This document shows positions 1 through 9,278 of a DNA stretch of 64,000 nt, in pieces. The notes beneath the pieces are model-generated. The model had not been told where the DNA came from and did no database searches. It saw only the letters and a list, made by a program, of their open reading frames with translations. Each line of letters begins with the position of its first letter. The stretch's first letter is position 1. Source of the stretch: an uncultured virus (IMG/VR IMGVR_UViG_3300017725_002980). Lineage: Duplodnaviria; Heunggongvirae; Uroviricota; Caudoviricetes. The stretch lies in IMG/VR virus record IMGVR_UViG_3300017725_002980. The stretch is one strand, 5' to 3'. Made by a program: the position numbers and the translations under genes.

Positions 1-1
1 A

Positions 2-1402
2 GGCCCAATCGGTAATCCAGGGGAAGATGCCGCTAAAGGTCCTGATGGTCCTAGAGGTCCTATAGGTCCTAAAGGTCCTGTATCTGATGAACCTGGACCC
101 ATTGGTCCCCAAGGTCCTGCTGGTGCAAATGCTAGTGCTGGTGGTAAAGGACCTCAAGGTGCTGTAGGTCCTGCAGGAAGTACTGGAGCTAAAGGACCTC
201 AAGGTGCTGTAGGTCCCTCAGGAAGTACAGGAGCTAAAGGACCTCAAGGTGCTATAGGCCCAGCTGGTCTTAAAGGTCCTATAGGTCCTAAAGGTCCTAT
301 AGGAGCTAAAGGTCCTGTATCTGATGAACCTGGACCCATTGGTCCTCAGGGTCCTGCTGGTACAAATGCTAGTCCTGGTAGTAAAGGTCCTATAGGAGAT
401 AAAGGTCCTGCAGGAAGTACAGGAGCTAAAGGTCCTATAGGTGCTATAGGCCCTACGGGCGGTATAGGTCCTAGAGGTGATGGAGGTATAAAAGGAAACA
501 CTGGTCAAAGTGCAGCTCCATATCCAGGAACAGATGCTTCTCCTGTAATTAAAACTATTTCAAATGGAGGGGGTTTAACAACAAATCTTGAATTTTCAAG
601 CGGTCTTTTACAAACAGAATCTCAAACTTATACAAATCTTAAGTATTATGTTAATGATGGAGTGAATGATTATGTAATATCTACACTTTCTGGTACTTAT
701 GATAATTTAGCAGTTAATGATTGGAGTGTACGTTTCTTTGTTTACCCAACTTCAACATCTAATTTAAATATGCAAGTATATGATAGTAATAACCTATCTA
801 CTGCAGGTTCTGGTAATACCAATAATCGTTTCTTTATAACTTACCAACAAGCCTTTAATAGGGTTTTGGTAAGACTTAGAACTAATGCTACTAACTTTAA
901 TGTTTCCTATCCTTTACATGATAATAATTCAGCTACAGGTACGGGTACTAACTCATCTGTTAGGTGGAATGCAAATAATAGAGGTAATGTAAACAGTGAT
1001 AGCTTTAATATGTGGACTGTTACTTACGATGCTTCTCAAAGTACAGCATCTAATGCATTTAAATTTTACTGGAATCAAAATCAATGTACAGTAACCACAG
1101 CAGTAAGTAGTGGTACTAGAACTAATAATACTATACCTTACCAGGTGTTAGGTACCGCTCTACATAATACTACTGCCGCAAATACTCCTGCACGTTACGA
1201 TGAATATGCTTTTTATAGTAAAACTCTTTCATCAGCAGAAGTTACTACATTATGGAATTCAGGAGGTAGAGCAACAGCAGCACAACAACTTGTAACTAGT
1301 AATTTACAAGGTAATCTAAGTTTTGATGATGGTACTCCCTTAATATATGGTTCTGGTTTTACTGCATCTTCAATAATAGGAGGGACAACAACAAACTATT
1401 AA
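2..1402 (+). CDS. Collagen-like (Gly-X-Y) fibre protein with C-terminal LamG/concanavalin A-like domain; 5'-truncated by window edge
   Basis: Frame starting at nt 2 is open (GPIGNPGEDAAKGPDGPRGPIGPKG...) and runs without a stop into the 662..1402 ORF; about 165 aa of interrupted Gly-X-Y, then LamG-like motifs (DGVNDYV, DEYAFYSKTLSSAEVTTLWN). Confidence 0.85.
   Translation, partial: GPIGNPGEDAAKGPDGPRGPIGPKGPVSDEPGPIGPQGPAGANASAGGKGPQGAVGPAGSTGAKGPQGAVGPSGSTGAKGPQGAIGPAGLKGPIGPKGPIGAKGPVSDEPGPIGPQGPAGTNASPGSKGPIGDKGPAGSTGAKGPIGAIGPTGGIGPRGDGGIKGNTGQSAAPYPGTDASPVIKTISNGGGLTTNLEFSSGLLQTESQTYTNLKYYVNDGVNDYVISTLSGTYDNLAVNDWSVRFFVYPTSTSNLNMQVYDSNNLSTAGSGNTNNRFFITYQQAFNRVLVRLRTNATNFNVSYPLHDNNSATGTGTNSSVRWNANNRGNVNSDSFNMWTVTYDASQSTASNAFKFYWNQNQCTVTTAVSSGTRTNNTIPYQVLGTALHNTTAANTPARYDEYAFYSKTLSSAEVTTLWNSGGRATAAQQLVTSNLQGNLSFDDGTPLIYGSGFTASSIIGGTTTNY
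69..345 (+). repeat. Direct repeats within collagen coding region
   Basis: ctaaaggtcctgtatctgatgaacctggacccattggtcc occurs at 69..108 and 306..345; aaaggacctcaaggtgct occurs three times between about 146 and 253. Confidence 0.9.
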
Positions 1403-1404
1403 TT

Positions 1405-1635
1405 ATGGCAAATAGATATTTTTTAATAACAGCAGAAGAATTTTTAAATCATGTATCTAACATAGATACTATTCCTGCTTGGAATTTAGATAGAACTCAA
1501 GTTATTATAGAAGTCCCCCCATCTTACCCTATTCCACCTAATCTAGCAGCATTTTCTAATGGAAATGAAGTAAATGCTTATAGATTTACTGAAGAACATA
1601 GAAGTAAATGGGAAGACGAAAACGATTTTTTATAA
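1405..1635 (+). CDS. Hypothetical protein (possible fibre accessory/chaperone)
   Basis: 76-aa ORF 2 nt after the fibre gene; function inferred from position only. Confidence 0.55.
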   Translation: MANRYFLITAEEFLNHVSNIDTIPAWNLDRTQVIIEVPPSYPIPPNLAAFSNGNEVNAYRFTEEHRSKWEDENDFL

Positions 1636-1653
1636 AAAAAATTAAAAAAAGTT

Positions 1654-3993
1654 ATGAAATTAGTTATATATGCAGGGTATTATGACCCACCTTTCTCACC
1701 TGAAACTATAAACGAAATTGGTTTAGGTGGTACAGAACAATGTATTATACATTTAGCTAAAACTCTTAAATCCCAAAATCCTACTTGGGATATTTGGGTT
1801 GTTGGTGGTGTTGTTTATGGAGATTACGATGGAGTAATGTATAGACCTACACAAAATTTTAAAAATGAAGTAAAATCTGTAGATACCATTATTGGGACTT
1901 CATACATTCATTACATTAAAGAATTTGAAGATATTGAGTATATCGATTCAATATTTTGGGTACATAATACTGACTATTTTACGTGGTGGAATGGCGAAGA
2001 TTTACCAAACCATCAACAACTTTTATTAGATTCTCGTTTAAAATCTATAATATGTTTAACAGAATGGCATAAAAACAAATTTATAGAACAATTCCCAGAG
2101 TCTAAATATAAAATTCAAGTTATAGGTAATGGAGTAGATACCTCTAAATTTCAAATAGGAAATAAAAACCCAAATCAATATATTTATACTTCACATTGTG
2201 AAAGAGGTTTGCAAAAAGTATTAAAAGACTGGCCTTTAATCTTAGAAAAAAATCCTCAAGCCCAATTAAAAATATCTACCCCAAAATATGGTTTAGAATA
2301 TTATAATATTTACTACAAGGATTTAGTAAATAATTTGGATAATGTAGAATTTTTTGGTACATTATCTCAACAACAACTTTATAAGTTGATGGCAGAAAGT
2401 ACTTATTGGTATTATCCTTCCCAATATGAAGAAACTTTTTGCATAACTGCTTTAGAGATGTTAGGACATCAAGTCCAACCTATTACTTGGGAATGGGGAG
2501 GATTAAAAGAAACATTAAATGGTTTTAATACTTTTAATGAAGAAGAAAAAATAAATTGGAAAGAAGTAAAAGAATATTTAAATTTAACTAATTGGGATTA
2601 CTTAACAAAAACCAAATGGTTAAAAGTTATAAAAACTAAACATATGAAATTAAACGAGTTTTCAGTTATTACACTAAACCCAGAAAACAACCAACCTTTA
2701 TATGATAAATGTAATAGCATTACCTTACCAGAACCTCATGTATATTATCTAAAACATGGTTTTGACTTTCGAAAAACAACTCAAGAAGATTTATCTAAAT
2801 TTGGAATAAATAAACATCTAAGATGGAATATATCAAGTGATGTTCAATGGTATGATCGTGATGTAACTGATGGTGAAGTAGGCTGTACTTTATCTCATAT
2901 AGATACTTGGGTAGATGCATATGCTTCTAATAAAGAATATTTAATGGTTTTTGAAGATGATTTTCATGAAGAAGAAAAAGTTCCATGGGATCAAGTTTAT
3001 CAACTTTTAGAAAGAGGTTATGATCTTATTTACTTAGGAAGGTGGGCTCTTCTTCCTGAAGAAGAAACAGAAATAGAAGGTATTCCTGGGTGGGTAGAAC
3101 CTGATTATTCATATGAAGCTCATGCTTATATTTTATCTAGAAGAGGAATACAGATTTTAGTAGAAGAATATATAGATCAATTTAAAAATGAAATATTTGC
3201 TTCTGATGAATTTCTTCCTATAACTTATGGGAAAACTTTCCGTCAAGATATATTAGCAGAATATGCTGGAAAAACCCGTTTAAAAGTTGCAGCACCTTTA
3301 GTTAAAGACCCAAAAAATAGCACTGGTACAACAGGATATTTTATCCAACAAAATACAGGAACACTTACAGAATATAATAAAGAAGATTATCCTAATATAT
3401 TAAATAGTAATAATTGGAAAACATGGTGTGATGATTATATAAATCCTCATATTAGAAAAGGACAATACAAATTAATGGTAGATGAAATTGGTCCTAATGT
3501 TTTAGAATTTCCTTTATTTACAGAAAAATTTTGTAATGAAATTATCCAATTAGCAGAAGATCATACTTGGGTAACAGATAGGCATAAATTTTATCCTACA
3601 ACTGACCAAACAATGGAAAGTTTAAAAATGCAAAAAATATACCAAAGAGTATTAGAAGAATTTGTTTACCCTATTTGGGTTTGGTTTTGGGATTTAGCAG
3701 GAGATGAATGGAATACTTTAAATAGTGAGAATTTTATAGCTAAATACGATACAAAAAATCAAGGCAGTTTAGATTTACACCATGATAGTTCCTTAATTAC
3801 TTTAAATGTCAGATTAAATGATGATTTTAAAGGTGGAGGTACATATTTACCTAAATACAAAACAACTGTACAACCTAAAAAATTAGGTAATGCTATGTGC
3901 CACCCAGGAACAATAACTCATTTACATGGGGGTCGTCCCGTAGAAGAAGGTACAAGATATATATTAGTAACATTTACATCAATAAATAAATAA
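1654..3993 (+). CDS. Three-domain fusion: GT4-like glycosyltransferase + GT25 (COLGALT-like) glycosyltransferase + PLOD-like 2OG-Fe(II) lysyl hydroxylase
   Basis: GT-B motifs GLGGTE, IGNGVD, YPSQYEETFCITALE; GT25 motifs GEVGCTLSH, VFEDDF, YDLIYLGR, YSYEAHAYIL; LH motifs FPLFTEKFC, PTTD, FIAKY, LHHDSS-ITLNV, HPGTITHLHGG, GTRYILVTF. Confidence 0.85.
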   Translation: MKLVIYAGYYDPPFSPETINEIGLGGTEQCIIHLAKTLKSQNPTWDIWVVGGVVYGDYDGVMYRPTQNFKNEVKSVDTIIGTSYIHYIKEFEDIEYIDSIFWVHNTDYFTWWNGEDLPNHQQLLLDSRLKSIICLTEWHKNKFIEQFPESKYKIQVIGNGVDTSKFQIGNKNPNQYIYTSHCERGLQKVLKDWPLILEKNPQAQLKISTPKYGLEYYNIYYKDLVNNLDNVEFFGTLSQQQLYKLMAESTYWYYPSQYEETFCITALEMLGHQVQPITWEWGGLKETLNGFNTFNEEEKINWKEVKEYLNLTNWDYLTKTKWLKVIKTKHMKLNEFSVITLNPENNQPLYDKCNSITLPEPHVYYLKHGFDFRKTTQEDLSKFGINKHLRWNISSDVQWYDRDVTDGEVGCTLSHIDTWVDAYASNKEYLMVFEDDFHEEEKVPWDQVYQLLERGYDLIYLGRWALLPEEETEIEGIPGWVEPDYSYEAHAYILSRRGIQILVEEYIDQFKNEIFASDEFLPITYGKTFRQDILAEYAGKTRLKVAAPLVKDPKNSTGTTGYFIQQNTGTLTEYNKEDYPNILNSNNWKTWCDDYINPHIRKGQYKLMVDEIGPNVLEFPLFTEKFCNEIIQLAEDHTWVTDRHKFYPTTDQTMESLKMQKIYQRVLEEFVYPIWVWFWDLAGDEWNTLNSENFIAKYDTKNQGSLDLHHDSSLITLNVRLNDDFKGGGTYLPKYKTTVQPKKLGNAMCHPGTITHLHGGRPVEEGTRYILVTFTSINK

Positions 3994-3996
3994 AAT

Positions 3997-4611
3997 ATGG
4001 ATACACTTTATTCTTTTCCACTAGATTTTGACAAGCATGTTAACCAAACTAATTATTATTGGTTTAAAGAAGGTTTTACTCCTGATGAATTAACCCAATT
4101 AGAAACCCAAGTTCAAGAAATTCCATCTACCCCAGGTGTTACTGAATCTGGGGGTCAAGAAAGTGGTGAAGGTTTAGATTCACGTAGTTCAACAATTAAA
4201 TGGGTACCTTTTAGTGAAGACACTAAATGGATTTATGATAAAATTGGTATGTTAGCCAAAACCGCTAATAATGAAATGTTTAATTTTAACATTTATAATA
4301 TGCCAGAACAAATTCAATATACTGAATATTACAGTACTAATAAAGGTCATTATGATTGGCATATGGATATTGGGTCTTCTGGTTTTATGAAATTTAGAAA
4401 AATTTCAGTTACAGTTCAATTATCTGATTCAAGTGAGTATGAAGGTGGAGATTTACAAATCTGGTCAGGAGGTCAACAACCTATGACTGCACCTAAAGGT
4501 AAAGGTAATGTAGTAATTTTCCCTTCTTTTATGATGCATAGAATAACTCCTGTAACTAAAGGTACTAGAAAATCTTTTGTTTTATGGTTAGGAGGAGAAT
4601 CATTTAAATAA
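3997..4611 (+). CDS. 2OG-Fe(II) oxygenase (PKHD/prolyl-4-hydroxylase-like)
   Basis: HxD (WHMD), RKISVTVQLS, YEGGDL, IFPSFMMHRITPVTKGTRKS. Confidence 0.85.
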   Translation: MDTLYSFPLDFDKHVNQTNYYWFKEGFTPDELTQLETQVQEIPSTPGVTESGGQESGEGLDSRSSTIKWVPFSEDTKWIYDKIGMLAKTANNEMFNFNIYNMPEQIQYTEYYSTNKGHYDWHMDIGSSGFMKFRKISVTVQLSDSSEYEGGDLQIWSGGQQPMTAPKGKGNVVIFPSFMMHRITPVTKGTRKSFVLWLGGESFK

Positions 4612-5144
4612 TGGGTATAGCAATTTGTATAAGTGGAGATTCTTTTAATTATAAAGAAGGATATAATTGGTTAAAAGAAAATTATTTAGATAAATATAAT
4701 TGTGATGTGTATATTCACACTTGGGATAATTTAAATAATATAGAGGAAATTATAAAATTATATACTCCTAAATCTTTTTACACTCAACCACCAATTCCTT
4801 TTGATGATAATAATTTAGAGTTAAATCAAATTTTAAATAATTTATATTCAACACACTCTAGTTATAATTTAATTAGAGAATCTAATAATGATTACGACCA
4901 TATAATTCATATTAAATTTGGTGAAATTATTTATAATAATACCCCTGAAAAATTTGCTATATGCTCCCCCACAATTTCAGAACATTATGCCGATGTTTTT
5001 ACTTATGCTTTATACTATACTTTTATGGATGAAGAATATAAAAATTGGGAAAATAAGGAAATTAATGAAACCTTAAGTTTAATTAAATATCACCTACATA
5101 CTAAAAATCTTTCATTAGATATTCTTAAAACTTCTATAGAATGA
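4611..5144 (+). CDS. Putative glycosyltransferase-like protein, short paralog of next two genes
   Basis: N-terminus MGIAICISG...DVYIHTW matches MKIAxxISGQPR...DVYxHxW of downstream genes. Confidence 0.55.
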   Translation: MGIAICISGDSFNYKEGYNWLKENYLDKYNCDVYIHTWDNLNNIEEIIKLYTPKSFYTQPPIPFDDNNLELNQILNNLYSTHSSYNLIRESNNDYDHIIHIKFGEIIYNNTPEKFAICSPTISEHYADVFTYALYYTFMDEEYKNWENKEINETLSLIKYHLHTKNLSLDILKTSIE

Positions 5145-5908
5145 AAATAGCAATGACTATAAGTGGACAACCACGTAGATTAGAAGCTGGTTTTTATGAA
5201 TTAAATAAACATTTTTTATCAAAATATGATATTGATGTTTACATGCATTCCTGGAAAGATAAATATTACTATAAGTATCATTATGGGAAGTTAATGCATA
5301 AATATGAAGCTGATATGTCAGCTTATGATAGAGCATTAGAATTATATCAACCTAAAAACCATTTATTTGAAAAAGGTATTAGATTTGACTCTTATGGTAT
5401 TGAAGACGTAGGTAGATTTGATAGCCATTTTGGTATGACTTTATCATTTAAAAGAGCCTGGGATTTATTAGAATCCTCCGGAATTAAATATGACTACATT
5501 ATTAGAGCAAGATTTGATCTTTTATTTTCTCATTATACTCCAGTAAATCACCCTTATTTAACAGATATAACACAATTAGATCCTTCTAAAGTTCATTCTT
5601 TTAAACATAGTTTTGATAGACAAGGTATCCGAAATATTAATGATCAATTTGCAGTTGGAGGATATAATGCTATGAAAACTTACCATAATTTCTTTCCCCA
5701 CTTAATTAATTATTATTTTAGAGATTCTAAATATAAACAATTCATGAATGATATTGATGCTAGTCATCTATATGTAGAAACTTCTTTACTTCAGCACTTA
5801 AGAGATAATGACATACAAACTTCTCCTGAACAAGAAATTAATTTACATGAAGTAATGTTAGGTTCCAATTACACCCATTCTTATGATACACCTAGAATTA
5901 TGAGATAA
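5141..5908 (+). CDS. Putative glycosyltransferase (MKIAxxISGQPR family)
   Basis: ISGQPR, DVYMHSW, YDYIIRARFDL, INDQFAVG motifs typical of a family found in polysaccharide loci. Confidence 0.6.
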   Translation: MKIAMTISGQPRRLEAGFYELNKHFLSKYDIDVYMHSWKDKYYYKYHYGKLMHKYEADMSAYDRALELYQPKNHLFEKGIRFDSYGIEDVGRFDSHFGMTLSFKRAWDLLESSGIKYDYIIRARFDLLFSHYTPVNHPYLTDITQLDPSKVHSFKHSFDRQGIRNINDQFAVGGYNAMKTYHNFFPHLINYYFRDSKYKQFMNDIDASHLYVETSLLQHLRDNDIQTSPEQEINLHEVMLGSNYTHSYDTPRIMR

Positions 5909-5909
5909 T

Positions 5910-6662
5910 ATGAAAATAGCTTTATTAATTAGTGGACAACCCCGTAGATATAGAAATGGGTATCAAGAGTTAAAAAAATGGTTTTTAGACCGTTATGATA
6001 TAGATGTGTATCTCCATGCCTGGAAAGCTAAAGAATTTCATAAATTTAATTTTTTTAGAGGAGGAAGATTAGAAAAAGTTCACCATGTAGATAAAAATTT
6101 ATATGATAATTTAATTGATTGGTATCAACCTAAAGATTATTTATTTGAAAAATCAATTCAATTTGATAATACTAATATAATGGGGATACATAACCAAAGA
6201 TTAAATTCTCAAATGGGTATGTGGATGTCATTAAAAAGATCTTGGGATCTAATGAACCAATCAGGTATTCATTATGATCTTATATTTAAAACTCGTTACG
6301 ATCTTTTATTTACTCATAGAGTAGCTAATACTTGTTCTTTATTAGAAGATTTAACTCAATTAGATCCAACTAAATTACATTATTTTGGGTATGATGATAG
6401 CTGGCCCCATACAGCTTACCAAATGAATGATCAAATAGCTATTAGTGGATATAATATAATGAAAACTTATTGTAATTTGTTTCCCCAAATGCTTAATACT
6501 ATATTTGTAGATCCCTCATATAGTAATGATTATGATGATATTTTTATAAATGAAACTTTAATTTATCATTATTTAAAAACAAATAATATTCCTATGTCCC
6601 CTATTAATTCTGGTTTTAATGGTACCAGAGGAATTGATTGTGGATGTGATATAATGAGATAA
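5910..6662 (+). CDS. Putative glycosyltransferase (MKIAxxISGQPR family)
   Basis: ISGQPR, DVYLHAW, YDLIFKTRYDL, MNDQIAISG; clear paralog of 5141..5908. Confidence 0.6.
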   Translation: MKIALLISGQPRRYRNGYQELKKWFLDRYDIDVYLHAWKAKEFHKFNFFRGGRLEKVHHVDKNLYDNLIDWYQPKDYLFEKSIQFDNTNIMGIHNQRLNSQMGMWMSLKRSWDLMNQSGIHYDLIFKTRYDLLFTHRVANTCSLLEDLTQLDPTKLHYFGYDDSWPHTAYQMNDQIAISGYNIMKTYCNLFPQMLNTIFVDPSYSNDYDDIFINETLIYHYLKTNNIPMSPINSGFNGTRGIDCGCDIMR

Positions 6663-6663
6663 T

Positions 6664-8961
6664 ATGAAGAAAACCCCAAAAGTCTATGCTCATGCCTCAT
6701 ATGTAGGTACTACAGGTTATAATAATCACACCCGTGATTTTTTCAGACATCTACAAAAATATGTTGATTTAAAAGTTCGTAATTTTACTATAGGTAAAAA
6801 TTGGGATTGGCCTAATGATGAACCTCATAAAGAAGATTATATTAACGAAGTTGATAAAAAACTCTTAATAGAACAAACATTATGGACTGGGGAAGATACC
6901 AGAGATGAATTTCCTATCTATAAAGAATACCCTAATGATTTTAAACACAATGTAAATCTAGTTTTAGAAGAAACTAACCACCATTATTTTTATGATTCGT
7001 ATAAGGGTCCTAAAATTGCTTATAATGTTTGGGAATCAACTCTCCAACCTGAAGGATTTTTTAATAAACTTTTAGAATACGATCAGTTATGGTTTCCATC
7101 CAAATGGCAAGCTGAATGTACTATTAAACAAGGTGCTGACCCTAATAAAGTAAAAGTAGTCCCAGAAGGTGTAGATACAAATACATTTTACCCTGAAGAT
7201 CCTCAAACGGTATTAGATTATGTAGATGGTAGGTTTAAATTTATTATTTTTGGTCGTTGGGATTATAGAAAATCTACTAAAGAAATAATTGAAACTTTTC
7301 TTAAAGAATTTAAACCTAATGAACCTGTTGATCTAATAGTATCAATTGATAACCCATTCTCAGGTGATAACTTTAAAACAACAGAAGAACGCTTAGAACA
7401 TTATGATTTTACAGATGAACGTATTAAAATAAAACATTTTCCATCTCGTGAAGATTATATTACCTATATGAAAAATGGTCATGTATTTTTATCTTGTGCT
7501 CGTAGTGAAGGATGGAATTTACCCTTAATTGAAGCCATGGCATGTGGAACTCCTGCTATATATTCAGCCTGTTGCGCTCAAATGGAATTTGCTGAAGGTA
7601 AAGGACTTCCTGTTAAAATATTAGGTGAACGCCCTGCACTAGATGCTAACTATAACCATTTCAATACAGTAGTAGGTAATTATTATGAACCTGATTTTGA
7701 AGATTTAGCTCGTGTAATGAGAGATGCTTATGAAAATTACGTAGATCATAAAAAACGTGCTTTAGAAGAAGCTAAATTAATCCATCGTGATTTTAATTGG
7801 GAACATATTGGTAAAATTGGAGCTGAAACTTTACAAGATTTTATTACTAATTCTGAAAAACTTGAAGATACCAATACTATTAATGTTAATTATATAAATG
7901 CACCTAAAGTAGAAATTTTAGGTGATGTTTTTAAAGAATATGAAGTTGAATTTATTAATAGAGAAACTAATGAAGTTATTCATAAAGCAACTATTAATAA
8001 TAATATGTGGACTTCTTGTAGTAAAGAATATTATATTCCTTGGTTAATTAAAATTAATGGTAAAGAACATTCTAGATTAGAATTAGAAGGACAACGTGTA
8101 TTAATATCTTTAGATTCTAATTCTTTAGGTGATACTATTGGTTGGACTCCATATGCTATAAAATTTGCTAAAAAACATAAATGTAAAGTTATTTTATCTA
8201 CATTCCATAATGATTGGTTTAAAAATTTAGAAGCCTATAAAGATATAGAATGGTTAGAACCTGGTAATTCAACAGGATGTACTGCTCATTATAAAATAGG
8301 TTGGTTTAGAGATGATAATGGGGGCTGGCAGAACTTTGATATGCATCCACGTCAATGTAATATAATTCCAATGCAAGCTACCTCTAGCGATATTCTAGGA
8401 CTAGAAGAAAAAGAATTAAATTATGGTTTAGATTTTCCTAAAGGAAAAAGACCATATAAAGAAAAATACATTGTAATAGGCCCCAATGCTACATCAGGAT
8501 GTAAAGAATGGGTTTATGGGAATTGGGTTACTCTATGTAAATTACTCCAACAACAAGGATATAAAGTTATATCTTTAACTAAAGGAGAATGGAAATTAGA
8601 TGGGGTAATAAATCATTATAACCAACCATTAGATGTTGTAGCTAATTATTTACACCATGCTGACTTATTTATAGGCTTAGGTTCAGGTTTATCATGGTTA
8701 AATTGGGCATTAGGTAAACATACTGTTATGATTAATGGGTTTAGTGATAAACACCATGAATTTACTTCACGTATTACACGTATAATGAATGATGATGCTT
8801 GTTTCCCGTGTTGGACTAATCGTAATTTTGTATTTGATGCTGGGGATTGGGATTGGTGCCCTATTCATAAAGGAACTGAAAAACAACATATTTGTCAAAA
8901 ATCAATAACACCGATGCAAGTATTTAAAATAATAAAAAATAGATTAACTAGTAAAAAATAA
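6664..8961 (+). CDS. GT4 glycosyltransferase fused to Aah/TibC-like (autotransporter O-heptosyltransferase) domain
   Basis: GT4: VPEGVD, FGRWDYRK, RSEGWNLPLIEAMACGTP; C-terminal: SLGDTIGW, FIGLGSGLSWLNWALG, CFPCW...WDWCP...ICQKSI Cys tetrad. Confidence 0.8.
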   Translation: MKKTPKVYAHASYVGTTGYNNHTRDFFRHLQKYVDLKVRNFTIGKNWDWPNDEPHKEDYINEVDKKLLIEQTLWTGEDTRDEFPIYKEYPNDFKHNVNLVLEETNHHYFYDSYKGPKIAYNVWESTLQPEGFFNKLLEYDQLWFPSKWQAECTIKQGADPNKVKVVPEGVDTNTFYPEDPQTVLDYVDGRFKFIIFGRWDYRKSTKEIIETFLKEFKPNEPVDLIVSIDNPFSGDNFKTTEERLEHYDFTDERIKIKHFPSREDYITYMKNGHVFLSCARSEGWNLPLIEAMACGTPAIYSACCAQMEFAEGKGLPVKILGERPALDANYNHFNTVVGNYYEPDFEDLARVMRDAYENYVDHKKRALEEAKLIHRDFNWEHIGKIGAETLQDFITNSEKLEDTNTINVNYINAPKVEILGDVFKEYEVEFINRETNEVIHKATINNNMWTSCSKEYYIPWLIKINGKEHSRLELEGQRVLISLDSNSLGDTIGWTPYAIKFAKKHKCKVILSTFHNDWFKNLEAYKDIEWLEPGNSTGCTAHYKIGWFRDDNGGWQNFDMHPRQCNIIPMQATSSDILGLEEKELNYGLDFPKGKRPYKEKYIVIGPNATSGCKEWVYGNWVTLCKLLQQQGYKVISLTKGEWKLDGVINHYNQPLDVVANYLHHADLFIGLGSGLSWLNWALGKHTVMINGFSDKHHEFTSRITRIMNDDACFPCWTNRNFVFDAGDWDWCPIHKGTEKQHICQKSITPMQVFKIIKNRLTSKK

Positions 8962-8976
8962 CTTAATATTTATAAT

Positions 8977-9228
8977 ATGAATAAAATTTATTTAACAGAA
9001 AAAGAAAAAAAGGAAATCATTGATATTCAAAATCAAGATAATGAATATATGGTTCAATTAGGCCAAATAGAATATCAAATGCAATCTTTAGTCTCCCAAA
9101 AAGACACTCTTATAAAAGACTTAAAGCAATTTGAACAACGTAAGACTAAATTTGCTCAACAGTTACAAGATAATTATGGTGAAGGTTCTATTGACATAGA
9201 AACTGGAGAATTTACTAAAACTAGTTAA
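8977..9228 (+). CDS. Small coiled-coil hypothetical protein
   Basis: 83 aa, Gln/Lys/Glu-rich helix ending YGEGSIDIETGEF. Confidence 0.65.
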   Translation: MNKIYLTEKEKKEIIDIQNQDNEYMVQLGQIEYQMQSLVSQKDTLIKDLKQFEQRKTKFAQQLQDNYGEGSIDIETGEFTKTS

Positions 9229-9278
9229 ATTTTGAATTTTTTTCTAATATTTATAACAAAACATTAACCTCCTAGGCA

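Noticed and set aside
218..508. Minus-strand 96-aa ORF with Arg-Thr-Phe/Tyr repeats
   Set aside because: Antisense shadow of the collagen Gly-Pro codon repeats
662..1402. Stand-alone 246-aa gene starting at GTG 662
   Set aside because: Frame is open upstream to the window edge; it is the C-terminal domain of the collagen fibre
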